From Mobula hypostoma (lineage: Eukaryota): DNA of 64,000 nt. The notes under the pieces are model-generated. The model saw only the letters and a program-made list of their open reading frames with translations, had not been told where the DNA came from and made no database searches. Where the stretch lies: assembly GCF_963921235.1 (NCBI RefSeq), contig NC_086097.1, positions 61,134,001 to 61,198,000 on the forward strand, in the 5' to 3' direction. The translations under genes and the position numbers were made by a program. This document shows positions 49,359-62,426 of this stretch, piece by piece (the first letter of the stretch is position 1; every line of letters begins with the position of its first letter).

Positions 49359-52300
49359 TCAATGAGTGTAACAGGAGTTTAAAATGTTCGGAGTTAAGAG
49401 AAAGTGAGAGCACCACTTGTGTGAGGAGTACTGAGTCCTAGGGTGGACAGACAATAATGCTGGGTTTGGCAGTCTCAGCTATCTAGTAGCGGGCCATGAC
49501 ACGTCAATGGATTGGTTAGACAAGCTGAACTCCCATGGGGAGAGATTGGACATCATGTTGTGTCCATGCTAAAAGAGGTAGGTTTCCCAGACAAAAAGGG
49601 TAGCCAAATGGATGCTTTTTTCAGTGCTGGAAGCCATCGTAAATTATCAGCATGAGATGACTGCACAGAGAGAGCAGGAGATAGTAAGTCTAAAGAACGA
49701 GGTGGAGGTGCTGCACCAGTGCTGTACCACTATGGGGGAAGCTGCTCGGTCAGCACAGATTGGGCCAAAGAGCTTGAAGACAAGGATACAGACATAGTCT
49801 GTCAACTAGTGAAGGTGCAACCAATAGAGTCTGCTCGACAAGCTAATTGGCAGTTGGATCCCATTAAGGTCTGAACCTTGATGCTGTGGGGAGATGACCC
49901 CAACACATGGATTGGGGATGAGGATATCTGGCTGGATAGTGAGAAGTGGGAAGAGAGAGTAGAGTGGAGTCTATAACTCTCCCCTAAAATGATCAATCTC
50001 ACTCTGTGTACCCAGAACAGTACAGGCCAGACCAGTGATCATGCTGTCCCATACCCATCATAGGGTGCTTCTCCCTCACGGGATAGGAGGAGGACAGGGA
50101 ACACAGAGGGAGCATTACACTGATCAGGAGTTCTCTGTCAAGGAACTAGTGGGATTGGGGGATAGGTACAGACAGAAGCCAGGAGAACCTCTGGCCACAT
50201 GGTTGTTGAGGATATGATATTATGGTGCCACCGGAATGAGCCCATCTATTAGAGATGGGTACCCTAATGGGGGGGGGAGGGGTGTTGTAGTGAATAATGC
50301 CTGGAGGATACCATTCTGTCCGCTTAAGGATAGTAAATTGGGTGGCAATCGAGGACAGGTACCCTTCTGTTTTTGAGTGGGATTTAAAGCACCGTGCAAG
50401 AAGAGGAAGGGACCAGAGCCGTCACCAATGGGCTCTAATTACAGGTTTATACAGTGATAGTGATTGCCTGCCAGGCGATTCTGATCTATCTGCTGTCATG
50501 GTAGGGCATTTGGTAATGACAGTGGCTTACCACTTGAAAGGGGTGGTTCTGCCTTTAATGTGACCGGCAGTCAGGGGTACAATAAAAGCAGCAATTTGGT
50601 GGCTTGTGGCAGAAGTAATGGATAGCGGTACTGGAATTCAAGTAAACAGACGGGGAATGGGGGATTCTGTGTAACCTGGAAGGAGATGTTTAGAGCACTG
50701 CTTAGGGCAGAGGTCCTGGTCGAACAGGTCGATGGGGTTCCCACTCCCACCTGCTATGTGATGTGGAGGGAATACTGAGAGGGATAGTTGGGCAAGGGAA
50801 TTGTTAAGGGAGGTTGTTCATCTTTTCAGCCCTTCCTGGATAAGGGTTCGTTTGCTCCCTCATCAGTTTCTGTGTCTCTGGATCAGAGTTCCCTATATCC
50901 CCTGCTGGAGGCCCTACAAAGGGCACTGGTGGACCTCCAGTGGCAACAAGGATCAGGCAGTGGGTGGTGTTCTCACGTTCCACTCACATATGGATGAGGA
51001 CAGGGGTCCCAGCAGATATGGTCAGCAGCCCGTTCCTGGCAGGGAGGCCTCAGTCCTTATGTACCCATTGCAGGTATTAAAGGAAAGGGAATGTGCAGCG
51101 ATTTGTTTTGCCATTGGTGAACATCGGTGCCAAGCATCTTATCATTCCAGGTAACCCCCGACAGCTGGCAGGTCCCCTGGGGTACAACAAAGTTTGGGGG
51201 TTCCCCTTTTGCCATCTGGGAGGTTACCCTCCAGGTGGTCATTGGACCAGGACAGTGAGAACCCTTGACTGTCTTTGCAGCGGCGTCTCCCGAGTGCATT
51301 CAGAGTATGAATGTGCAAAAGGGTATATCCCTGTGAACAAGAAAGGGTCATTTTAACTTTGGGGTAGCCAGGGCGAAGCTACTGGAGGGACTGGCCAAGT
51401 AGGAGCCTTTGGTAAATTTGTTTCCTTGGAAGGTAGTCAACACCAAACAGTACCGGATCCCAGGAGGCACCAAAAAGATTGGAGAGGCTGTAGATGCCCT
51501 GCTGAAGAAGAAAGTCATTCACCCCATCATCTCCCCCTATAATAGCTCGGCTTCAATGCGGAAGTGGGGGGTGGGATATGATGAATGATGGTTGACTATA
51601 GAGAATGGAACAAGCATGAGTCGCTCCTCACAGCATCTGTTCCAGGTATGGTGACCTTTATCGAGGACTTAGAATGTAAGGAGGGGGAGCATTGGTACGT
51701 GGTAGTGGACCTGGACCTGGCCAATGCTTTTTTCCTCCATTTCCTGAGACTGGAGTCACAGGACCAATTCAACGTCACATGGGAGGGTCAGAGTTTGCCT
51801 TTTGTCACCTCCCCTGGGGGTATATACACATTGTGCACGGCTTGGTAGCTCAAGATTTACAGGGGATACAGCTAGACCCTAACATCTCAATGTTCCATTA
51901 CAGGAACCTTTGCATGATGTAGTGAGGCAGGCACTGGATGAATTGATTACCTTCCTGAGGGAGCGGTGTTGGTCTATCAACCCTGATAAGATACAGGACC
52001 CCAGTCTGTGCATACACTGGGCATACAGTGGCATTCTGTGCAACAGGAAGTACCTGATAAGGCCAAGCACAAGAAGATGAATGCAATGGTCCCCACTTCC
52101 AAGGAGAAGACTCAATGCTTTTTAAGACTTTTTGGGTATTGGTGCCAATGTATCCCCTTCCTGATCATATTATTCCTCTATATCAGGCCTCTTGCAAAAA
52201 GACTGCTTTCCGATCGGGTCCCATAAAGCAAGCGGCCTTCAAAGATGCTAAGCAGTCCGTGGCATAGGCTCTCCCATTAGCCCCCAGACGGAATGGGGTA

Positions 52301-54869
52301 CCCTTTGAGCTCCAGGTTTCAGCTACCACTAGAGTGGTCAAGGTGGAGCCCATGGCAGGTGTTGAAGGGGTATTATGTCCCCTTAGGATTTTGGACGAAG
52401 ACTTTTCCCTAGGCAGTGACCTAATACACCCCTTCAAGAGGCAGTTGTTGTCCGGCAGTTGGGCCCTCCTGGCTATTGAACACCAGACAGCCTCTTAGCC
52501 AGTCACGTTGTGACCTCATCTCCTTACGATGCATAGGATTCGAACAATGCGATTCACAAGGAGGGCCATGCCCAACGGCCTTCAATCATTAAATAGAAAT
52601 GGTATATCACGGACAGGGCTGAGGATATACAGTACAGTCCAGATCCTTCGGCCCACTATATTGTGCTGACTTACAGAGTACACAAAGAACATACCACTAC
52701 CTCCAAACCCACTCTCAGAGCACTGGCTTTGTCCTAAGAGGAAACAAAAACTTACTAGACACTTACAGTACTTAGAACCTCTACCTGTGCTTGCCCAAGC
52801 CTATTCTCTTCTCAGCCTGTTGAGCCAAAGCCAGACCACTCTGATATTGCCCCACTACAACAGTGTCTGCTGAAACGATTTTTTTTTTATTGACCCCGTG
52901 TTGACTGCAGCCCACTACAGAAGAGCTCTCTTTAAGCTTTGCACTGGGTATTGTAGTCTTACATTTTGTATGTAGTTTCGTGGAGCATTTGCAGGGGTTA
53001 TACTGGCCTGAGGGCTGAATTATCACAGTGTAACATCTTTCAAGAGGAGGAATATAACACAAAGGGTTATCTTACCTGGCAGTTGAAAGCCTCTTCCACA
53101 GTTCTAGCTGCTGATTGGCCAGTTCAAAGGATGTGGCAGCTCTCTCCATTAGCTGGCTTTCACCAACAGCACTGGCTTCCGTTTTTGGGCACCTCAGGGG
53201 TATAAGAATTGTTCATTCAGGATGTTCTGTCTCTTTTCGCAAAGGGCTCCCTTCCCCTTGGATCACAGCCAGCACTGAAGAACCATTGGGAAAGTGTGAT
53301 GCAGATAGGAGGGTCCGCACACACACACCTTGATAAGTACCTACTTGTTGAATGTAGTTGGGTAACTTGAGACTTAACAAAGTACCTGTTCAAGTTAGAA
53401 GTGTTATTAAATGTTTAGTGTAATTTAAGGGGCTTAGATAAGTACTTGCTTGACATAGATGCTTGACTGCATGTTTCAATAGGTTCAATAGGTACATTTA
53501 ATGTCAGAAATGTATACAATATACATCCTGAAATTGTTTTTTTTTCACTGTTTGTTTGTAAATAAATAGTTAACAGTGCTTACTCAATGTCCTCTGTCCC
53601 ACTTACCGAATCTGCAAATATGATTTTGCGAGACAACGATCCCTTAAGATTGTCCTTCACCTTGTCTGCTAGGGCAACTTCATGCCTTCTTTTAGCTCTC
53701 CTAACTTCTCAATTTTCTTCTTAATATAGTATTCTCTTGGATTTCTTATACTCCTCAAGTTCCTTATTTGCTCCATCCTGCCTATACCTGCTATGCATCT
53801 CATTCTTTTTCTTAACAAGGGCTTCCAAATCTCTCAAAAAGCAAGGTTCCCTGAACCTGTTAGCTTTGCTTTTTATTCTGACAGAAACATACAAACTGTA
53901 CTCTCAAAAATTTCACTTTTGAAGGAATCCCACTTAGTAATTACACCTTTGCCAGAAAGCAACCGGTCCAAATCTACACTTGCCAGATCCAATCAAAGTG
54001 GCATTTCTACAATTTGAAATCTCAACCCAAGGACCAGACCTATCCTTCTCCATAACCATCTTGAAACTGATGGCATTATGATCACTAGATGCAAACTGTT
54101 CCCTTACACAAACTTTTGTCTTCTACCCCGTCTCATTCCCTAACGAGAGATCTAGTATCACACTCTCTCCATTTTAGAACATCTATGCACTGACTAAGGA
54201 AACTTTCCTGAGCACACTTGACAGACTGTCCGCTCCAGCCTTTTACAGCACTAGATTCCTAGTCAATATATGGAAAGTTAAAATCACCATCATAACTTTG
54301 TTTCTTCCAAGAGTCTGTGAACTCTCGACAAATTTGTTCCTCTAAATCCCGCAGGCTGTTGGCTGGTCTATAATATAATCCCATTAATGTGGTCATATCT
54401 TTCTTATTCCACAGTTCCACCCATACAGCCTCAATAGATGAGCTCTTCAGTCTGTCCCACATGAACGCTGCTGTGACATTTTCCCTGACTAGTAATTCCA
54501 CCCCTTCTCCTTTAATCCCTCCTGCTCTAATCTGTCTAAAACAGAACATTGGAATATTCAGCTGCCGATCCTGCTTCTCCTGCAACCAACTCTCGCTGAT
54601 GGCTACAATGTCATAATTCCATGTGCTGATCCATGCCTAACCATACTCTACTGTACTCTACTCTTCTGCATTGAAATGTACACAACTCAGAACGTTAGTT
54701 CCACCATGCTCAACTTTTCAAATTATGACTGTTTATGTCAGCTTAACAACGTCTTTCCTCGCAACCACTCCACTCTCTGTGCAGGTGCTCTGGTTCCCAT
54801 CCCCTGAAACTCTATTTTAAATCCACCCAGTACAACACTAGTAAACCTCTCCTTCAAAAATATACAATT

Positions 54870-57840
54870 TAAAAAATATTAATTTAATAATAATATTTGG
54901 TAAGTCATTTGATAAGGATACTTGATAAGTCTTTCAGACCCATGTGACCTCAATAGCTCAGTAAATAAAATGGTTGATTCTTTCAACAATAACTTGGCAA
55001 ATATATTAAACACAGTGGCCCCACTTAGGGCGAAAAAGAAATCATTCAGCAATATGGTCACCATGGTAAAGCAATACTGTCTGTGAACTCAAGAGCTCAT
55101 GCAGAGTAGCTGAAAGAAATTGGAGGAAAACAGGGCTAGAGGTCCACCATAATATATTTGAAGAAAAACTAGCCTCCTTTAATGCTGCTATACGCTCTGC
55201 AAGTAGAACCCATTTTCCCAAGATTATTACAGAAAATAGCAGCGATTTAAGAATATTGTTCTCAACTATAAACCAACTGTTGAACCCTGCCCCAACCTAT
55301 CATCATCATCATCACAGCTTGTCACACCAGCCAGCCAGCCACTCTAGTGTTGTTTGTTTGATGTTGAGAAGGTCAGTGTCAGCTAAATCAGGTGAGAGTG
55401 GGCAGTTGCGCAGAATGTGTTCAATGTTCTGCACGCTTTTGCCACACTCACAGTATTCGCTGGTCTTTAAACCCCACTTCACCATATTGTCTCCCATCCT
55501 ACAAACTCCCGCTCTCGCTCTGTTGAGAGTGCCCCACTTCCGTTTGTTAAGCAGTGCCCTGTCTGGCAATGTTTCTGTGGGGTCTTGCACTACATTGTTT
55601 GGTTGGGTTCTGGCTTCTGTTTGCTACCAGAGGTCAATCCTGTATGTTTGCAGGGGGGGGGGGTGGGGGGGATGTTCCATGTGGTAGTTCTTCCACTGTA
55701 GCAAAGCTTTTCCTCGATTTTAGGTGGTTGGAATCTGGCACATGATGCTGTAGTGGGTCCCATGGATCCGAGTTCTGTTTACCTTATTCAATTTTTGTTG
55801 TAGTGTGCATTCGGATTTCTGGGGGAGCAATGCCTGCAAGTCTGTAAATGATGTTAGTGGGTGTGGGGCGCAGTGTGCCCGTGATTATTCAGCAGGCTTC
55901 GTTAAGCAACGGGTCTATTTTCTTCACATGGGCTGATCTGCCCAACACAGGTGCACAGTATTCTGTACAGTTTGTGGCAGATGCTTGAGTGAGGACATCA
56001 TAAGTTAGATTGGGGCTGAAAATCATTAGCCCCAGCCTATAATGTCCTCACTCAAGCATCTGCCACAAAATGTGAGGAATGTGCAATATTTTTTATCAAC
56101 AAAATTACTTCCATTCAGGAGAGTATAGCTACACATACTGGTAATCTCTACAGACAAACTCTTAAAAAGACAGCAACCTTGTCAAAATTCACAAGTATTT
56201 CTGATTCAGAACTCTACAAGATTGTAACAAAAAGTAAACCGCCTACTTGCTGTCTTGACCCAGCATCGCCACACATTTTAATAGTGTTTTCAATTCTGTT
56301 AGGAAAATTATTAACATATCCCTTGAAACTGGAGTTTTTCCAGATGCCTTCAAAAATCAGTCGTCAAACCACTAGTTACAAAGCCAAATCTTAATTGTGA
56401 GATACTAAATATATCAGATCATCTCTGCTTGGGCAAGGGCAAGGTTGATTTTCAACTAACTCAATAACTTTCTGAATGAGAACAATATCCTAGGATAGTT
56501 TCAGTCAGGTTTTAGAGTAAACCACAGCAAGGAGATAGACAAACATACGGAACTACAGTAACATGCTGCTGTCATGCGTGGTGCACAAACAACAGATGTA
56601 CAGACTTTACCAACATCATCAGCAACCTTGGGCCAACTGATGCCAACAGAGTATCAATTCTAAATTTTCTAGATCTAAGTACTGCTTTTGACACAATTGA
56701 CCACAACATTCTCCTAGATCTCCTTGTGAACTGATTGGCCTCTCTGGTAGTGCTCTTAAATGGTTTCATTCATGTATTTTAGAAATTTGTTGTCTCTCCT
56801 GGAGACCAATTTTCTAATTTCCAATTATCTTATGCTGTTGCTCGGAAAAGCTGTTTTAGTCCCTTACTCTTCTCCTTTTATATGCTTCCCTAAGGAGACA
56901 TCATTAGAGAGTATAGACTTCATTTCCACAGTTATGCAGAAGACACACGATTGTATACATGGGTTGAGTCCGATGATGATAACACCCTATCTTCTCTGAC
57001 TTCTGGTATGGCTGCAATAAACAAATTGATGAGGAAAAATTGCCTAAAACTAAATGAAGATAAAATGGAAATACTTTTGGTTGGTCCCAAAGCCAAAAGA
57101 GATGAACTTCTTGATAATCCTGGAAACCTGGATCCCCTTGTAAAATCAGAAGTAACTGGCCTGGGTTTTATCGCCAATTCAGATTTGAATTTTAAATCCC
57201 AAATAAAAAAGTGACCAGAATTCTACACTTAAGAAATATTGCAAAGATACATTGGGTTCTGTTATACAATGATGTTCAAAAACTAATTCATGCCTTTATA
57301 TTGAATAGACTCATTCAGAAGGCCACTGATAAACTTTTAAACAAAACCAAGATGAGGGAGCATATCAATCTCGTACTAGTTACCCTGCATTGGCCTCTTG
57401 TATCATTTTAGAATTGATTTTAAAGTTTTCTTACTTGTTTTTAAAGCTCTTAATGGTCTGAGACTGGAGTACATCACAGAATCAGTTTTGTTTTATAACT
57501 GTTCACAAGCTCTCAGGTCTTCTTTTACCAGTCTTTTAAGTTTAAATAATCTCCCTCAAAAGATTATTGGCAGGTCAGTTTTTTTGAATTATACTCCTAA
57601 ACTGTAGAATTTAATACCTAAATCTATAAGGGATGCAGACTCAGTTGACACTTTTAAACACCAGTTCAAAACCTATTTATTTAACCTTGTTTTTAACAAA
57701 CATCTTTTTATCCATTATTTTCATGTCTATTTTTAATTTAATTTTTTAATTTTATTTTCATGTTTGCACTTTTATCCCATTATAAAGCACATTGAACTAC
57801 ATCATCTGTCTGAAAAGTGCATGATAAATCAAGTTATTAA
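54870..57840 (+). mobile_element. L2 LINE (degenerate ORF2 and 3' UTR)
   Basis: FQSGFR..HS, LDLSTAFDTIDH, LKLNEDKMEILLVG, HLRNIAK..KLIHAF, LHWP..FRIDFKVFLLVFKALNG. Confidence 0.9.
55301..55966 (-). mobile_element. Vingi/Ingi-like LINE 3' fragment inserted in L2
   Basis: EYCAPV..RSAHVKKID..LNEAC.IITG.LRPTP..YRLAGIAP and W..LNRARAG..KWG..CECG..Q..EHI..CP motifs. (TGA)n tail. Probable TSD gcccca(a/g)cctat at 55289-55300 and 56029-56040. Confidence 0.78.
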
Positions 57841-58561
57841 TGTTCCTATATGAGCCCCACTTCAGTTCAAGTGCAAACCATCCCTTCTGTACAATTACCA
57901 CCTTCCCTGAAAGAGAGTCCGATGATCCAAAAACTGAAGTCTTCCCTCCTGAACCATATCCTTAGCCACGTGTTAAAATGTATGATCTTTCTACTTCTGG
58001 CCTCACCAGCAAGTGGCAAGTATCAGTCCCAAGATCACAGCCCTGGACGTCCTACCCTTTAACTTAGCACCTAACACCCTGAATTATATTGTAGGACCTG
58101 GTCACCCTTCCAACGTATGTTATCTGTGCTGACATGAACATAACCTCTGGGTATTCACCCTCCAGCTTAAAAATGCTGCAGGCGCGATCCAAGATGTCCC
58201 TGATGCTGGCAACCGGAGGCAACATACTATCTGGGAACTTCATTCTCGTCCACTGAACCTTATGTTTGTTCCTTTAACCAATAAATCTCCTATCACTGCA
58301 GCTTGTCTCTTCTCTGCTGTTCTCTTCTAAACCACAGAAGCAGACTCAGTTGCAGAGACCTGACCACTGTGGCTTTCCTCTGCTGGATCATCCTGCAACA
58401 GTATCCAAAGTGGTGTGTCTCTTGTTGTGGGGAATGGCCACAGGGGTACTCTGCACTGGCTGCCTATCCCCTTTCCACCTCCTGACAGATACCTGTGTCT
58501 TGCACCTTGGGTGTAGCTATCTCTCTGCATGTACTGTAGATCAACCCCTCAGCCTCCCAAA

Positions 58562-60755
58562 TAGACTCATAGAACACTATGGCTCAGTACCAGGTTCATT
58601 GTCCCATCCATGCCAAATCATTAATCTGTCTAGTCCCTTCGACCTGCACCTGGGTCATAGCCCTGCATACTACATCCTCCACTTGTGGTGGCAACTCATT
58701 CCACACTCTGACCATCCTCAGAGTGGAGAAGTCCACCCTCATGTTCCCCTTAAACATTTTGTCTCTCACCCTTAACCCATAACCACTAGTTGCAGAGTTA
58801 CCCAACTACAGCGAAAAATGCCTGCTTGCATCTATCACTCTCCTAATTTTGTATACCTCTATCTCCCTCAATCTTTTACGTTTTAGGGAATAAAGCCCTA
58901 ATCTGTTTAACCTTTCCCTATAACTCAGGTCCTCAAGTCCCAGCAACATCCTTGTAAATTTTCTCTGCACTCTTTCAATCTTACTTACGTCTTTCCTATA
59001 GGTAGGTGATCAAAACTGGACACGATACTCCAAATCAGGCCTTATCAATGTCTTATACAATTCCAGCATAACATCCCAAAGCCTGTACTCAATACATTGA
59101 TTTCTGATGGCCAATGTGCCAAAAGTTTTCTTTATATCCCTATCTACCTTAAAGAAATTATGGACCTGTATTCACTGATCCTCCTGTTCTACCACACTCC
59201 TCAGTGCCCTACCACTCACTATGTAAGGCCTACCATGGTGGATCCTCCTGACTTTTCTGCATTAAATTCCATCTGACATTTTACAGCCCCCTTTCTTCAG
59301 CTAGTCCAGATCCCACTGCAAGCTTTGATCATCTTCCTTTCTCTCTACTATACCCTCAATCTTGGAGTCATCCACAAATTTGCTGATCCAATTTACTACA
59401 TTATCATCCAGATCACTGATATAGGTAAACTGCAAAGGACCCAGCATCAATCCTTGTGGCACACCACTAGTCACAGGCCTCCTGTCAGAAAAAAACAACC
59501 ACTTATTACTCTCTGGCTTCTCCTAAAAAGCCAATGTCTAATCCAATTTACTACTTTATCTTCAATGCCAAGCAACTGAACCTTCTTAACAAATCTCCCA
59601 TGTGGGACCTTGTCAAAAGCCTTGCTAAAGTCTATGTAGACGACATCCACTGCCTAGCCTTCATCAGCTTTACTAGGAACTTCCTCAAAAAGCTCTATAA
59701 GATTGATTAGATATGACCTACAACACACAAAGCCATATTGACTATCCTTAATCAGTTCCTGTCTATCCAAATACTTATACGTTGGGTCCCTTAGAATACC
59801 TTCCAATAACTTTCCCACTACTGATGTTAGGCTCACTGGCCTATAACATCCTGGCTTATTCTCAGAGTTTTTGGTAAATAACGGAACAACATTAGGAACC
59901 CTCCGATCCTCCAGCACCTCACCTTGGCTAAGGATGTTTCAAATATCTCTTCTGGGACACCTGCAATTTCTGCACTAGCCTTGCATAGAGTATGAAGGAA
60001 CACATTGTCAGGCCCTGGGATTTATCCACCTTAGCTTGGCTCAAGACATCAAACACCTTCTCATCTGTAATCTCCTCACCCGTGACATTGTTGCTGCTTT
60101 GCCTTACATATATACAATTATATAAGAACTTGGTGTGACCCCACTTGGATTATTGTGTTCAGTTCTGGTCACCTCACAATAGGAAGGATGTGGATACTAT
60201 AGAGACAGTGTAGAGAAGTTTTACAAGTATGTTACCTGGATTGGAGAGGGTGCCTTATAAGAATAGGTTGAGTGAACTCGGCCTTTTCTCCTTGGAGCAA
60301 TAGAGGATGAGAGGTGACCTGATAGAGGTGTATAAGATAATGAGAGACATTGATCGTGTGGATAGCCAGAGGCTTTTTCTCAGGGCTGAAATGACTAATG
60401 TGAGGGGGCATAGTTTTAAGGTGCTTGGAAGTAGGTACAGAGGGGATGTCAGGAGTACATTTTGCACACAGAGTGGTGGGTGTGTGGATTACACTGCCGG
60501 TGACGGTGATGGAGACGGACACAATTGCGGCTTTTAAGAGACTCCTGGATAGGTACGTGGAGCTTAGAAAAATATAGGGCTATGCGGTAGGGTAATTCTA
60601 GAGTAGGTTATATGGTTGGCTCCACATTGTGGGCTGCAGGGCCTGTAATGTGCTGTAGATTTCTATGTTCTATATTGACTCTATACCATCGCCCAAGTAA
60701 ATAGAGATGCAAACATTTCAGTTAAGATCTCCCCTATCTCTTTTGACTCTTTGCA
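58562..60755 (-). mobile_element. CR1 LINE RT fragment (interrupted at 60115-60672)
   Basis: YRPVSLTSVVGK, SGVPQG and KFVDD motifs. Confidence 0.9.
60115..60672 (+). mobile_element. CR1 3' fragment nested in opposite orientation
   Basis: RGDLIEVYK; ttctatgttctat tail. Confidence 0.92.
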
Positions 60756-60759
60756 TTTT

Positions 60760-62426
60760 GAACGAGGTTGGAGGAGACATCGGATGTACAACAACTCTGG
60801 CAGGGTTTGCAAGACATTTATTTCCTACAAAGCAAAACCCAATAGCATGAATGGCAGTGATGCTTCACTACCAGATGAAATTAATGCCTTCTATGCTGGC
60901 TTGAAAGGAAGAAGACAACTACAGCATTGAAGATCCTTGCTGCACCTGATGACCCTGTGATCTTTGTCTCAGAGGCTGATGTTAGGCTGTCTTTAAAAAG
61001 GGTGAATCCTCTCAAGGTAGAAGGTCATGATGGAGTACTTGTTAAGGCTCTGAAAACCTATGCCAAACAACTGCTGGGAGTATTCAAGGACATTTCCAAC
61101 CTCTCACTGCTACAGGCGGAAGTTCCCACTTCGTTCAAAAAGGCAACAATTATACCATTGCCTGACAAGAATAATGTGAGCTGCTTAATGATTATCACTC
61201 AGTAGCACTCACATTTACAGTGATGAAATGCTTTGAGAGGTTGGTCATGACTAGACTGAGGGGACTCCATATCAGCAAGGACCTGAACCCATTGCAATTT
61301 GCCTATCACCACAATAGGTCAATGACAGATGCAATCTCAATGGCTCTTCACACAGTTTTCGACCACCTGGACAACACAAACACTTATGTCAGAATGCTGT
61401 TGATCGACGAAAGCTCAGCATTTAACACCATCTTTCCCACAATCCTGATTGAGAAGTTACAGAACCTGGGCCTCTGTACCTTCCTCTGTAATTGGATTCT
61501 CGACTTCCTAACCAGAAGACCACAGTCTGTGCGGATTGGTGATAACATTTGCTCCTCGCTGACAATCAACACTGGTGCACCTCAGGGTGTGTGCTTAGCC
61601 CACTGCTCTACTCTCTCTTTACCAATGACTGTGTGGGTAGACACAGCTCAAATACCATCTATAAATTTGCTGATGATACAACCATTGTTCGTAGAATGTC
61701 AGATGGTAATGAGAGAGTGCACAGGAGCGAAATATGCCAACTAGTGGAATGGTGTCGCAGCAACAACCTAGCACTCAGCGCCAGTAAGACAAAAGAGCTG
61801 ATTGTGGACTTCAGGAAGGGTAAGACAGACGAACACATACCAATCCTCATAGAGGGATCAGAGGTGGAGAGAGTGAGCAGTTTCAAGTTCCTGGTTGTCA
61901 AGATCTCTGAGAACCTAACCTGGTCCCAACATAATGATGCAGTTATAAAGAAGACAAGACAGCAACTATACTTCATTAGGAGTTTGAAGAGATTTAATAT
62001 GTCAACAAATACACTCAAAAACTTGTATAGATGTACCGTGGAGAGCATTCTGACAGGGTTCATCACTGTCTGGTATGGGAGGACTACTGCACAGGACCGA
62101 AAGAAGCTGCAGAAAGTTGTAAATTTAGTGGGCTCCATCTTGGGTACTAGCCTACAAAGTGCCCAGGACATCTTCAAGGAGCAGTGACTCAGAAAGGCAG
62201 CGTCTATTATTAAGCACCTACAGCACCCAGAGCATGCCCGTTTCTCACTGTTACCATCTGGATGGACGTACAGAAGCTAGAAAGCACACACTCAGCAATT
62301 CAGGAACACTTCTTCCCCTCTGCCATCAGATTCCTAAATAGACATTGAACCCTTGAACACTACCTCACTTTTCAAATTTATATTATTTCTGTTTTCTGCA
62401 CAATTTTTAATCTATTCAATACATGT
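60760..62426 (+). mobile_element. Rex1/Babar-type LINE (RT), 3' UTR interrupted by an LTR element
   Basis: [19 protein letters not shown] and KTKELIVDFRK motifs (ORFs 61220-61744 and 61549-62187). Confidence 0.93.

Larger units (their letters stand above)
47475..53628 (+). mobile_element. Decayed class III (ERV-L/ERV-S-like) endogenous retrovirus: LTR-PBS-gag-pro-partial pol-LTR
   Basis: Related LTRs at 47475-49338 (CR1-interrupted) and about 53053-53628. PBS at 49341-49358. Gag: FSVKELVGLGDRYRQKPGEPLATWLLRI. Protease: LVNIGAKHLIIPGNP. RT: MVDYREWNK..ASVP..WY..DLANAFF..QDQF..TWEGQ and FLRLFGYW. PPT-like aagaggaggaa at 53042-53052. No integrase or env recognised. Confidence 0.85.
45540..58560 (-). 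mobile_element. Near full-length old CR1 LINE in three pieces (about 45760-47470, 53640-54860, 57850-58560), split by an ERV and an L2; a separate short CR1 3' end lies at 45540-45760
   Basis: RT pieces at 46341-47100, endonuclease YYRP..GDFN (ORF 54259-54585) and ORF1 esterase remnant at 57850-58300 are colinear across the insertions. Confidence 0.75.
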
